The translations under genes and the position numbers were made by a program. Below, in pieces: positions 54,259-61,914 of a DNA stretch of 64,000 bases. The notes under the pieces were generated by a model. It had not been told where the DNA came from and ran no database searches. It saw only the letters and a list, made by a program, of their open reading frames with translations. The first letter of the stretch is position 1; every line of letters begins with the position of its first letter. Source of the DNA: an uncultured Dehalococcoidia bacterium (GTDB taxonomy: Bacteria > Chloroflexota > Dehalococcoidia > Lucifugimonadales > UBA1123); assembly GCA_951812505.1 (NCBI GenBank), contig CATOSI010000001.1, positions 857,273 to 921,272 on the forward strand, in the 5' to 3' direction.

Positions 54259-56076
54259 TCAGTTACCATCCGGGTTCCAGCCATTCTCACTGTCGCGCCA
54301 AGGGGAGCGTCCAAGCTGGATGTTCGCATGCCGCAGCGCTTCGCGCTCTTCGGCTGCCGCAATTTCCGCCTGCATACTGAGCACCTCAGGCCTCAAGTCC
54401 GAAGACTGCTTGGTAATCGCCGCGCCATACAGGAAAATCATGCCCGCGACGTGCGACCAGATCAAGACGAGCACCACGGAGGATATCGGACCATACAGCA
54501 GATCGCGCTGACTGAAAAGGTTCACGAAGAAGAAGATGTACTTCGCGATCTCGAACAGCACCACGGTTACAAATCCACCGAAGGTGGCGTCGCTCCATTC
54601 AATGGACTGATTTGGGAAGTACTTGAACACGACCACGAACACAAGTCCGGCAATGAGGAGAGGCACCACGGTGGAGATAATACTGGCGACGGGCAGAAGC
54701 ACGACGGTTATGGGCGTGCCAATTAAGGGAATTCTGTCGGAGAGACGCAAGCCAGCCTGGAATACGGCCGTGAAGCCAATGGACACAAGGAACAGGACGA
54801 CCGCCAACGACGAAATTGCTATGGTGGATAATGTTGTCCCGTATAGTTTCTTCGGAGGGCATCCGAAGAGGCGGTTCACACCCCTATTCGCGGCGACAAA
54901 TAGCCCTAGAGCACCTACGATGATTCCGCCAAGGGACAGGATACCTGCAAGCAGTTGGGCCGAATAGAGATGGTCAATCGTATGCGACAGAAATTCTTCG
55001 GCGCCGGGGAAGTAGAATATGAAAATTTCCGTGGCTATACTGTGAACCGTGGCTGGGTCGAGAAATGCGGAAAAGCCCAACACAAACAGAGCGGTGAGCG
55101 GAAAGAATGCCAAGAGGGTATAGTAGGCAAGCGCCGCACCGGAGTCTATGCCTCCCACTCGCATCAGTAGCTTCCCCGCTCTCCACAGGGCTACGCCTCT
55201 CCAGAACTGGGGCCGAGCCCGGAGCTCCTCAGTCAGATCGGATATAGCTCTGGATACCGACCTCCTGATGGGCGGGGCGAGCACATTGATTGGTGTGTCA
55301 ACAAGGGCTAGAAGTGAGACTCTGACGGACTCGCCGGTGGAACGGTCTAAGTCGTATGCCGCCTCGATACAACCCCTCGCCGCACCCATAACGGCGTCGC
55401 TTGTACCTACATCGTAGAGTCTCGTAGCACGGATTGCCTCGCTCACGACGATACTCGCGACTTGAGCGGCGTTATAATTCAATTCGACGCCGCTCTTCAC
55501 GAGGGCACTGGCGGTCTCATGCGTAGCCTCCAGCAGATTCCCGGACGTCGAGATCACGCCCGTTATCACGCCATGAATCGCGGGCGACACCACGTCGGTA
55601 AATTCAATGCCCAGATTCTGTACGGCCTCGGCCACTCCCTCTGTAGCCTCCGCCCCCGCCCTCGCGTCTCTTACTCCCACCATCGCCGCGCCGACTACCG
55701 CACCTTCGACCGCCTGCCTTATGGAGTCAGGTGTGCTACCACCTAATTCTGCGGAACTCACCACCGCCGCCGCCGCGACTTCTTTGACGACGGGCCTGCT
55801 GACTTTAGCGACCCTGCTGGTACCTTCTATGACACCAATGACGGCATCCCGGACGAATACAGTAGCTTCCCCGCTGATTTCGTCCGCTGCCCTTATGGTG
55901 CCAGCGACGGCATCCGCCGCCGCGCGGCTTGCGCCGCTGCCAAGTCGTCTGGTGCGGTTTAGGGCGGAAGCGGAGAAGTTTCTGAACAGATCGGCCCCCG
56001 GCTCCGACTGAGCCGAGTTCGATACGCCATTACGTCTCTGACCACCTGTTCTTGACAGCTTGAATCGCCGATTCAA
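54259..56076 (-). CDS. YihY/BrkB-family membrane protein with ~290-aa N-terminal extension
   Basis: The C-terminal about 300 aa has the YihY pattern (AAALAYYTLLAFFPL..., six TM segments). The N-terminal half is an Ala/Val/Gly-rich helical region. Confidence 0.7.
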   Translation of the reverse strand: MNRRFKLSRTGGQRRNGVSNSAQSEPGADLFRNFSASALNRTRRLGSGASRAAADAVAGTIRAADEISGEATVFVRDAVIGVIEGTSRVAKVSRPVVKEVAAAAVVSSAELGGSTPDSIRQAVEGAVVGAAMVGVRDARAGAEATEGVAEAVQNLGIEFTDVVSPAIHGVITGVISTSGNLLEATHETASALVKSGVELNYNAAQVASIVVSEAIRATRLYDVGTSDAVMGAARGCIEAAYDLDRSTGESVRVSLLALVDTPINVLAPPIRRSVSRAISDLTEELRARPQFWRGVALWRAGKLLMRVGGIDSGAALAYYTLLAFFPLTALFVLGFSAFLDPATVHSIATEIFIFYFPGAEEFLSHTIDHLYSAQLLAGILSLGGIIVGALGLFVAANRGVNRLFGCPPKKLYGTTLSTIAISSLAVVLFLVSIGFTAVFQAGLRLSDRIPLIGTPITVVLLPVASIISTVVPLLIAGLVFVVVFKYFPNQSIEWSDATFGGFVTVVLFEIAKYIFFFVNLFSQRDLLYGPISSVVLVLIWSHVAGMIFLYGAAITKQSSDLRPEVLSMQAEIAAAEEREALRHANIQLGRSPWRDSENGWNPDGN

Positions 56077-56162
56077 CCCCCCGCTCCTAGCTTAATTACG
56101 CCTAAGTATGCCAGCCTGATACATTTTTAGCAACAGGAACTGTCAATTATACGGAGGATTTA

Positions 56163-57974
56163 CTACCCAGTAGAATTGTCTTCATTGGTCGGCGTCTCTT
56201 CTTCGGCAGCGTCCAGGAAGGCAAATCTGAAAGCATCTTCCATTGACCTGTGAAGTTGGAAAACGAGCCGCCACGCACCAACGATTATCGCCACGAATAT
56301 GAGTATAGGCAACGGCGCGACGAAGCTGCCAAGAGAGAGGAGACCGGACAGGAAAGGAAGGCTGAAGATGGCAAGCAGCGCAACCAAAGCAAACAAAAGA
56401 GCATCTCTCAGAATCGCGCGCAGCGTCAGGTCCCATGCGACGCCGAAGAAACTGCTGCTGCCCAGAAGCACATCGGCCACCGCGTCAATCATCCGACCAA
56501 GCGCACGCCAGATAAATACACTCGGCGGTACAGAGAATGCCACGACAATTATGGTGACCGCGAGGCCGGTGAAACTCTCGTTGACCCCGAATGTGTCCGA
56601 AAGCGGCTGTGCGTAACTGAGCGCAAACGTGCCCACCGCAATCAGAACAACGACAACTCCGGCGTTGGCGATCAATACTCTGGCGGAGTCCCTGATCTGG
56701 TCTCCGACAGCTCCGGCAAGGTTGAATGCCGCCCTAGTGGACTCCATCCAATTGGACGCCAGGAATACATACCTCTTTATGAAAAGGGGGGACATGCCGG
56801 ACAGAAGCCTCGTAAACCCGTCCGCCGAGCGAAATATGATCGGATACACGAGCGCGGTGAGTGCAACGGAAATAGCCATAACCGGGTACATGAACGTCCC
56901 GACCGCGCCGTGGTCGCTCCCCTCTTTAACCATAGCGAGTGAGAACTCCCCCATTTGGGGCATCCCGAATCCGACACGAACGGGCGTGTTTCCGATATGA
57001 CCTGCGAGCAGGGTCGCTACCGTGTCAATGAAAGTCTTACCGAAAATGAAGACGCAGGTTACAAGCAGCGCAGGCAGTATGAATCCTCCTGCCTGCGAAA
57101 TGTCAATCAGCATCCCAATCGAGACGAAGAACAGGGCGGAAAACACATCGCGTACCGGCGCCATGTTGCGAACCAGGTCCTCCGAATAGTCGGCGTCACC
57201 GAGGACAGCGCCGATTATGAATGCGCCCGCAGCCGCGGACAGTCCGAGTCTGTCGGCGACAAGCGCGAGGCCGAAGCAAAGCGCGAGGCCGACAACGAGC
57301 AGCATTTCGGGTGAGTGGAAGCGACCCACGCGCCCGATGAGGCGGGGCGCGAGGACGCCGCCCAGAATCAGGACGGACATTAGGAAGAGCAGCAACTTGC
57401 CCAGGAGCGGCCACAGATCGGAAAAGTGACTTGCTTCGGCTGAGGGTACGCCCGACAGAATGCTAAGCAGAATTACGGCCGCAAAGTCCTGGACTACAAG
57501 GAGGCCAACAATCAGTCTTCCGTGAGTGGAGAAAAGCGCTCCGGTATCACGGAGCATCTTGAGGATTATCGCAGAACTGCTGATGCAGACCGCCGCGCCC
57601 AGGAATATCGCCTCGATCCCGGTCCATCCGAGCAGACGGCCCAACTGGTAGCCGAGCGCGATCATAAAGGAGATTTCTATGGCGCCCATCAGGAGGATTG
57701 GGAGTCCGAGTCTTCGAATGCGTCGCCAGCCAAATTCCAGCCCGATTGCGAACAGCAGTATGGAGAGTCCGAGCTCGGCCAGCGTCTTTATGGTTTCATG
57801 GGAATGGATAGGGGAGCCTATGCCAATCAGGGGCAGCGTGAATGGCCCAACCAGGATTCCGGCGACCAGGTATCCGAGCACTGGAGGCTGGTTTATGAAT
57901 CTGAACAGAACCAGGGCTATTCCGGCGACCGTCATGATGATCGCGAAGTCCTGGAGAAGGAATTCCTCTAGCAA
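56163..57974 (-). CDS. cation:proton antiporter (CPA2-like) with extra C-terminal membrane domain
   Basis: N-terminal Na+/H+ exchanger-type TM core (GYLVAGILVGP...), followed by further TM helices rather than a TrkA-N domain. Confidence 0.75.
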   Translation of the reverse strand: MLEEFLLQDFAIIMTVAGIALVLFRFINQPPVLGYLVAGILVGPFTLPLIGIGSPIHSHETIKTLAELGLSILLFAIGLEFGWRRIRRLGLPILLMGAIEISFMIALGYQLGRLLGWTGIEAIFLGAAVCISSSAIILKMLRDTGALFSTHGRLIVGLLVVQDFAAVILLSILSGVPSAEASHFSDLWPLLGKLLLFLMSVLILGGVLAPRLIGRVGRFHSPEMLLVVGLALCFGLALVADRLGLSAAAGAFIIGAVLGDADYSEDLVRNMAPVRDVFSALFFVSIGMLIDISQAGGFILPALLVTCVFIFGKTFIDTVATLLAGHIGNTPVRVGFGMPQMGEFSLAMVKEGSDHGAVGTFMYPVMAISVALTALVYPIIFRSADGFTRLLSGMSPLFIKRYVFLASNWMESTRAAFNLAGAVGDQIRDSARVLIANAGVVVVLIAVGTFALSYAQPLSDTFGVNESFTGLAVTIIVVAFSVPPSVFIWRALGRMIDAVADVLLGSSSFFGVAWDLTLRAILRDALLFALVALLAIFSLPFLSGLLSLGSFVAPLPILIFVAIIVGAWRLVFQLHRSMEDAFRFAFLDAAEEETPTNEDNSTG

Positions 57975-58147
57975 GCGTTACCACCCGTGGGTCTCTGGGT
58001 TCGGACGCAGTCAATCAAATGATGATGTTACTTGCTTGGATTGCGCATCTTCCAGCAGGAAGATGTTCCAGCATTTCAATAGGCGTTACGTTAAAATGTG
58101 AATGGACAGATTCAGTGTAGTTTAAGCGGTATCAGGGGAGAGAACCA

Positions 58148-58567
58148 GTGAACGACAAGAGCGAAGCGGAAATGCAACTGAGGGAAGCCAAGACGATAGC
58201 CGTTGTAGGTATGTCGCCCCGCCCGGACCGCCCCAGCCACTATGTAGCCAAGTATCTGATGGAACAAGGGTACAAAGTTATTCCGGTGAATCCAGCCGTT
58301 GACGAGGTTCTGGGCATCAAGTCCTATCCTGATATCGTATCCATTCCCGAGGATATCGACATGGTTGATATCTTCAGGCGCTCGAGCCAGGTTCCGCCCG
58401 TGGTGGACGACGCAATCGCGGCAGGCGCCAGGTTTATCTGGATGCAGGACGGCGTGGTACATGAAGGAGCCGCCGCCAAGGCACGCGCCGCGGGGATGTC
58501 GGTCGTCATGGACAATTGTACCTTGAGAGAGCATAGTCGAATCTACGGAACCGGCGGCTTGGATTAA
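58148..58567 (+). CDS. CoA-binding domain protein (YccU-like)
   Basis: KTIAVVGMSPRPDRPSHYVAKYLMEQGYKVIPVNP. GTG start behind GGGGAGAG. Confidence 0.8.
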   Translation: MNDKSEAEMQLREAKTIAVVGMSPRPDRPSHYVAKYLMEQGYKVIPVNPAVDEVLGIKSYPDIVSIPEDIDMVDIFRRSSQVPPVVDDAIAAGARFIWMQDGVVHEGAAAKARAAGMSVVMDNCTLREHSRIYGTGGLD

Positions 58568-58610
58568 TAACCACTACGACGCGCAGCTAGTTTTGGCGTT
58601 TATGGACTGC

Positions 58611-58650
58611 TCCGCATCCTGGATTCCCGCTTTCGCGGGAATGGCGAGAC
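58611..58650 (+). repeat. family A repeat, copy 8
   Basis: TCCGCATCCTGGATTCCCGCTTTCGCGGGAATGGCGAGAC. Confidence 0.8.
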
Positions 58651-58663
58651 ACGTCAATACAGC

Positions 58664-59020
58664 CTAAACCCTGATCGAGTCTTCGTAGAGTTCGAAGCGC
58701 TGCCTTATCATGTCGCAGGCCAATTGAAGGCCTTCAAGAATTCGCTCGGCACTCATCCCTTGAACGAAACTTCCGGTGATGGCAGTTTGACTGTACTGGG
58801 CGCTGACTCCGGCTCGGTATAGCCATCGAGTGTAGCCCCTCACCCAGTCGGCGAGGACGGGCGAGGCTTCGGAGGTAAAGGGGATAGGACTTCCACTACC
58901 GTCCTTCGCGGAGAGGGTGAAAGTGGTTTCGTCGTCGGAACTACCCACTCTGATGTCGAATTCGACCTCGGCAGACTCAAAGGGCAGCGTAAGGTTCAGG
59001 TCAATGGTGTGTGAGTTCAT
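58664..59020 (-). CDS. hypothetical protein (118 aa)
   Basis: Starts MNSHTIDL 7 nt after the crotonase stop, so probably co-transcribed. No family recognised. Confidence 0.45.
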   Translation of the reverse strand: MNSHTIDLNLTLPFESAEVEFDIRVGSSDDETTFTLSAKDGSGSPIPFTSEASPVLADWVRGYTRWLYRAGVSAQYSQTAITGSFVQGMSAERILEGLQLACDMIRQRFELYEDSIRV

Positions 59021-59027
59021 TTGGTCG

Positions 59028-59837
59028 TTACTCCAGGAGGGCTGCCTGCCGCTCCGTTGGAGTAATCGGCAGATTCTTTTCGGGATTGATCGGTCTGCGC
59101 TCGATGAATGCCAGACGCCGTTCCTCGGCCTCGTCCGTTTCGGAGTAGCGAGGGGCATAGAGCTCGGTGGGACTCTTGTACTCTTCGAGGTACTCGGCGG
59201 ACTCGTTGAAAGTGATCTTCTGAAGCTGGAGAATCACGGGGCTGTTGTTCTTGATGAGATTGCAGTACCGGATGACCTCGTCCTTCAGTTTGTCGTGTGG
59301 GACAACGGAGTTGGCGAGGCCCATGTCGAAAGCCTGCTGAGCGGAATACTGCTGTGTGAGCATCCAGATCTCGCGGGCGCGCTTCTGTCCTACGACGTGA
59401 GCGAGGTAGCCGACACCAGCGCCGGAAGCGGGGCTGCCAACGCGCGGGCCGGTCTGCCCGAATATGCTGCGGGTGGACGCGACCGTGAAGTCGCAGGTGT
59501 ATGCCAGGATGTTCCCGGACCCTATGGCATATCCGTCCACCATCGCTATGACGGGCTTCGGGATGTGCTGCACCAGATCCATGAACGAGGACTCACTTGT
59601 GCCTGAGTACTCGGGGCTGTTCCTGTCTTCGCCCTGGTCCCTACCGGAGCAGAAGGCGTTCGGGCCGGAGCCGGAGATAACGACAACCCGGATTGACTGG
59701 TCGTTGCCAGCGTCCTTCAGGGCGACGGCCATCTCGTCCGTTGTGCGTCCCCTGATGGCGTTGTACACCTCCGGCCTGTTTATGGTGAGCCAGGCGATGC
59801 CGTCGTCTTTCTTGTAGATGATGTCAATGAATTTCAA
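59028..59837 (-). CDS. enoyl-CoA hydratase/isomerase (crotonase) family
   Basis: GIAWLTINRPEVYNA, VVVISGSGPNAFCSGRD, and VDGYAIGSG oxyanion-hole motifs. TTG start 8 nt after GGAGG. Confidence 0.85.
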   Translation of the reverse strand: MKFIDIIYKKDDGIAWLTINRPEVYNAIRGRTTDEMAVALKDAGNDQSIRVVVISGSGPNAFCSGRDQGEDRNSPEYSGTSESSFMDLVQHIPKPVIAMVDGYAIGSGNILAYTCDFTVASTRSIFGQTGPRVGSPASGAGVGYLAHVVGQKRAREIWMLTQQYSAQQAFDMGLANSVVPHDKLKDEVIRYCNLIKNNSPVILQLQKITFNESAEYLEEYKSPTELYAPRYSETDEAEERRLAFIERRPINPEKNLPITPTERQAALLE

Positions 59838-60036
59838 GCGGAGGGCCTCCGGGAGTTGTTAGTTAGTAGCTATTAGTCGTTAGTTTGGAGTCAGCCGATG
59901 CTGCGGATTGATGGTACTAGCTCGACTGGGTTCTGTCCATTGCCGGTTCCGGCGCTGCAGGGCATTTGCAAAGTCGGCGCTGAACACGTCTTGGGGGACG
60001 GATTCACCCAGTCATATACTTTCGTTTATAAAGCGA

Positions 60037-60109
60037 CAGGTGGGAACAGGTGGCTTGACTGGTGGACAACAGGTGATTAGAACACCTGAGATCCACCTGA
60101 GAACGCCTG
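60037..60109. repeat. phased array of four CAGGTG-like and three CACCTG-like boxes (imperfect 73-nt palindrome)
   Basis: CAGGTG at 60037, 60047 and 60070, and CTGGTG at 60059. CACCTG at 60083 and 60094, and CGCCTG at 60104. Spacings are 10-12 bp. Core hairpin GGTGGA-CAA-CAGGTG-ATTAGAA-CACCTG-AGA-TCCACC. Confidence 0.75.
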
Positions 60110-60315
60110 AGTTTAGCTACAGGAAAAAAATTCGCTACTCCGATATTCGGCCAGCATAACTAGGGCTTTATGTATGTCGAGGTTCAGAATCATCGTTGGA
60201 CACTCTCCACAATTAGTTTGCATGTTCGTATTATAGCGTAGTAAGGATGGGAATGTGTAGTCCTGAGGGAAACGGACGAATGCTTTCGGCAGGCCCTGAC
60301 CTGGCGCGGCTAGAG

Positions 60316-60345
60316 TTGAGCGTAGTGACCGACGCGCCCTATAAT
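60316..60345 (+). promoter_or_regulatory. candidate sigma70-type promoter giving a leaderless thiL mRNA
   Basis: TTGAGC (60316-60321), an 18-nt spacer, then perfect TATAAT (60340-60345). The ATG at 60352 lies 6 nt downstream of the -10 box with no RBS. Confidence 0.3.
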
Positions 60346-60351
60346 GCATCC

Positions 60352-61485
60352 ATGCTGGTCAGAGACATAGGCGAATTCGAGTTGATCGCTCTGCTGGAGT
60401 CGCGGATACGGGGGCGGAATCGCGTTCAGATAGAGAAGTTGCGCGCGCTTGGGGTGGAGGTGGAGTTGGAGATTGGGGACGACGCTGCGGCCTGGACCCA
60501 GCGTGGGGCGAGGGTCGTGTCCACGACCGACACAATGGTGGAGGAGGTGCATTTCAAGATAGACACGACGCCGTGGTGCGAACTGGGATGGAAGGCGATG
60601 GCGTCGAACCTGAGCGACGTGGCTTCGATGGGCTGTTCCCCTACACTCGCGCTGGTGACTCTCGGATTGCGCGGAGATATTCCGGTCAGCGGGCTCGCGA
60701 ATATGTACGACGGTATGATGGACGCCTGCGAATACGCGGGTGGAGCCATAATCGGTGGGGACATAGTCCGATCCGATACCTTCTTCGTGACAGTCGCGCT
60801 GGAAGGTGTGTGCGACGCGGGGTCTCATGTCCTGTCTCGCGGCGCGGCGCAGGCTGGGGACCTGATCGGAGTCACGGGGCATCTGGGGTGCTCGGCGGGG
60901 GGTCTGGCGCTACTGCTGGACGCTGAGGCCGGTCGCCGAGTTTCGGATGAATCGAGGACACATCTTACAGGGGCGCACAATCGTCCGCTTCCGCGGGTGG
61001 CGGAGGGACGTGCGCTGAGAGAGATTGGCGTGCGGTGCGCGATGGATGTAAGCGACGGTCTGACGGCGGACCTGGGCAAGTTGTGCGCCGCGAGCGGCGT
61101 GTCGGCGGTGGTCGAGGCGGACAGGCTCCCTGCGGACGCCTATTTGAAAAAAGCGTTTCCGAACAGGTGGCGCGAACTCGCACTGGGCGGCGGGGAAGAC
61201 TACGAGATAGTGTTCACGACGAACGCAGGTATAATGGAATCCGCCTCCGAACGTCTGGGAGAGCGTATCAGCGTAATCGGCAGGATAGAGGATGGTGACG
61301 GAATGGGAGGCGGCAAAGGCGGTCACCCCCATCCCCGTGTCAAGTACGGGGCAGGCTCTAACCTCCCCCCATCGAAGGAGAGGGGACTTCCAGAATCTTC
61401 CCCGGTGAGGATTCTGGACACTGACGGAAGCGAGATAGAGATAGGATCGGGTGGATGGGATCACTTCGCGGGGCGGCATGGATAG
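60352..61485 (+). CDS. thiL: thiamine-monophosphate kinase with in-frame repeat insertion near the C-terminus
   Basis: MLVRDIGEFELIALL N-terminus, GDDAA, the AIRS-type core, and C-terminal GGWDHF. About 35 extra residues (GGKGGHPHPRVKYGAGSNLPPSKERGLPESSP) are encoded by hairpin repeats. Confidence 0.85.
   Translation: MLVRDIGEFELIALLESRIRGRNRVQIEKLRALGVEVELEIGDDAAAWTQRGARVVSTTDTMVEEVHFKIDTTPWCELGWKAMASNLSDVASMGCSPTLALVTLGLRGDIPVSGLANMYDGMMDACEYAGGAIIGGDIVRSDTFFVTVALEGVCDAGSHVLSRGAAQAGDLIGVTGHLGCSAGGLALLLDAEAGRRVSDESRTHLTGAHNRPLPRVAEGRALREIGVRCAMDVSDGLTADLGKLCAASGVSAVVEADRLPADAYLKKAFPNRWRELALGGGEDYEIVFTTNAGIMESASERLGERISVIGRIEDGDGMGGGKGGHPHPRVKYGAGSNLPPSKERGLPESSPVRILDTDGSEIEIGSGGWDHFAGRHG
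61321..61416 (+). repeat. cluster of three hairpins (family C-related) embedded in frame in thiL
   Basis: GGTCACCCCCATCC + CCCCGT-GTCAAGT-ACGGGG + CTCTAACCTCCCC..GGAGAGGGGA + CCAGAATC-TTCCCCGGTGAG-GATTCTGG. Confidence 0.7.
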
Positions 61486-61777
61486 CGTTAACGTAAAGCT
61501 GGAGTCGGACTCTTCTTTCCGGCCTACTGAGATAATGGGCGATCTTCGGATGGTGGCGGAGACACTGTACTTTCCGATGAAACTGGTTGGATTCTGGGAC
61601 GAGACAGCGGGGGGCAATCACATGTGTCCAGAGACGGAAATCGGGGGGAGATGCCCTCATGGTCTGCCCGAAGACGATCCAGAGTATGTTCCGTACACGC
61701 GCTCCATGGAGAGGTTGAAGCAGGCGGTGATCGAGGTGAGGTTTCCGCACGCATCGGTTAGAATGTTTCTAAGCTAG
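61451..61777 (+). CDS. hypothetical small Cys/His-containing protein
   Basis: ORF overlapping the thiL end, with GTG 61451 or ATG 61478 as start. Contains HMCPETEIGGRCPHG and is followed by a terminator hairpin. No family recognised. Confidence 0.4.
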   Translation: MDGITSRGGMDSVNVKLESDSSFRPTEIMGDLRMVAETLYFPMKLVGFWDETAGGNHMCPETEIGGRCPHGLPEDDPEYVPYTRSMERLKQAVIEVRFPHASVRMFLS

Positions 61778-61803
61778 GAAGGCTGAGCCTTCACCCTTTT
61801 TCT
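61777..61803 (+). terminator. intrinsic terminator (family D repeat copy)
   Basis: GGAAGGC-TGA-GCCTTCC-like stem (GAAGGC/GCCTTC) followed by ACCCTTTTTCT. Confidence 0.6.
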
Positions 61804-61914
61804 CACAAGATGGTTGTGGACCAAACAGGCCCGCAACCCTGACCCATTTCTTATGACATCGAGGGAAAGGCCGGTTTCTTCTCCCGCATACTTTCAAAAT
61901 AGGAGGCGCAAGCA

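Noticed and set aside
2081-58650. Family A hairpins as a CRISPR array
   Set aside because: The copies are kilobases apart, each in a different intergenic region and in both orientations. There are no regularly spaced spacers and no cas genes.
60250-60345. Possible TPP (THI-box) riboswitch upstream of thiL (CCTGAGGGA ... CCCTGACCTGG ... GCGTAGTGA)
   Set aside because: It resembles the CUGAGA / ACCUGA / GCGUAGGGA elements only loosely. The invariant bases differ (CUGAGG, ACCUGG) and I could not build the P4/P5 helices. thiL is also not a typical riboswitch-controlled gene. A covariance-model scan (Rfam RF00059) would settle it.
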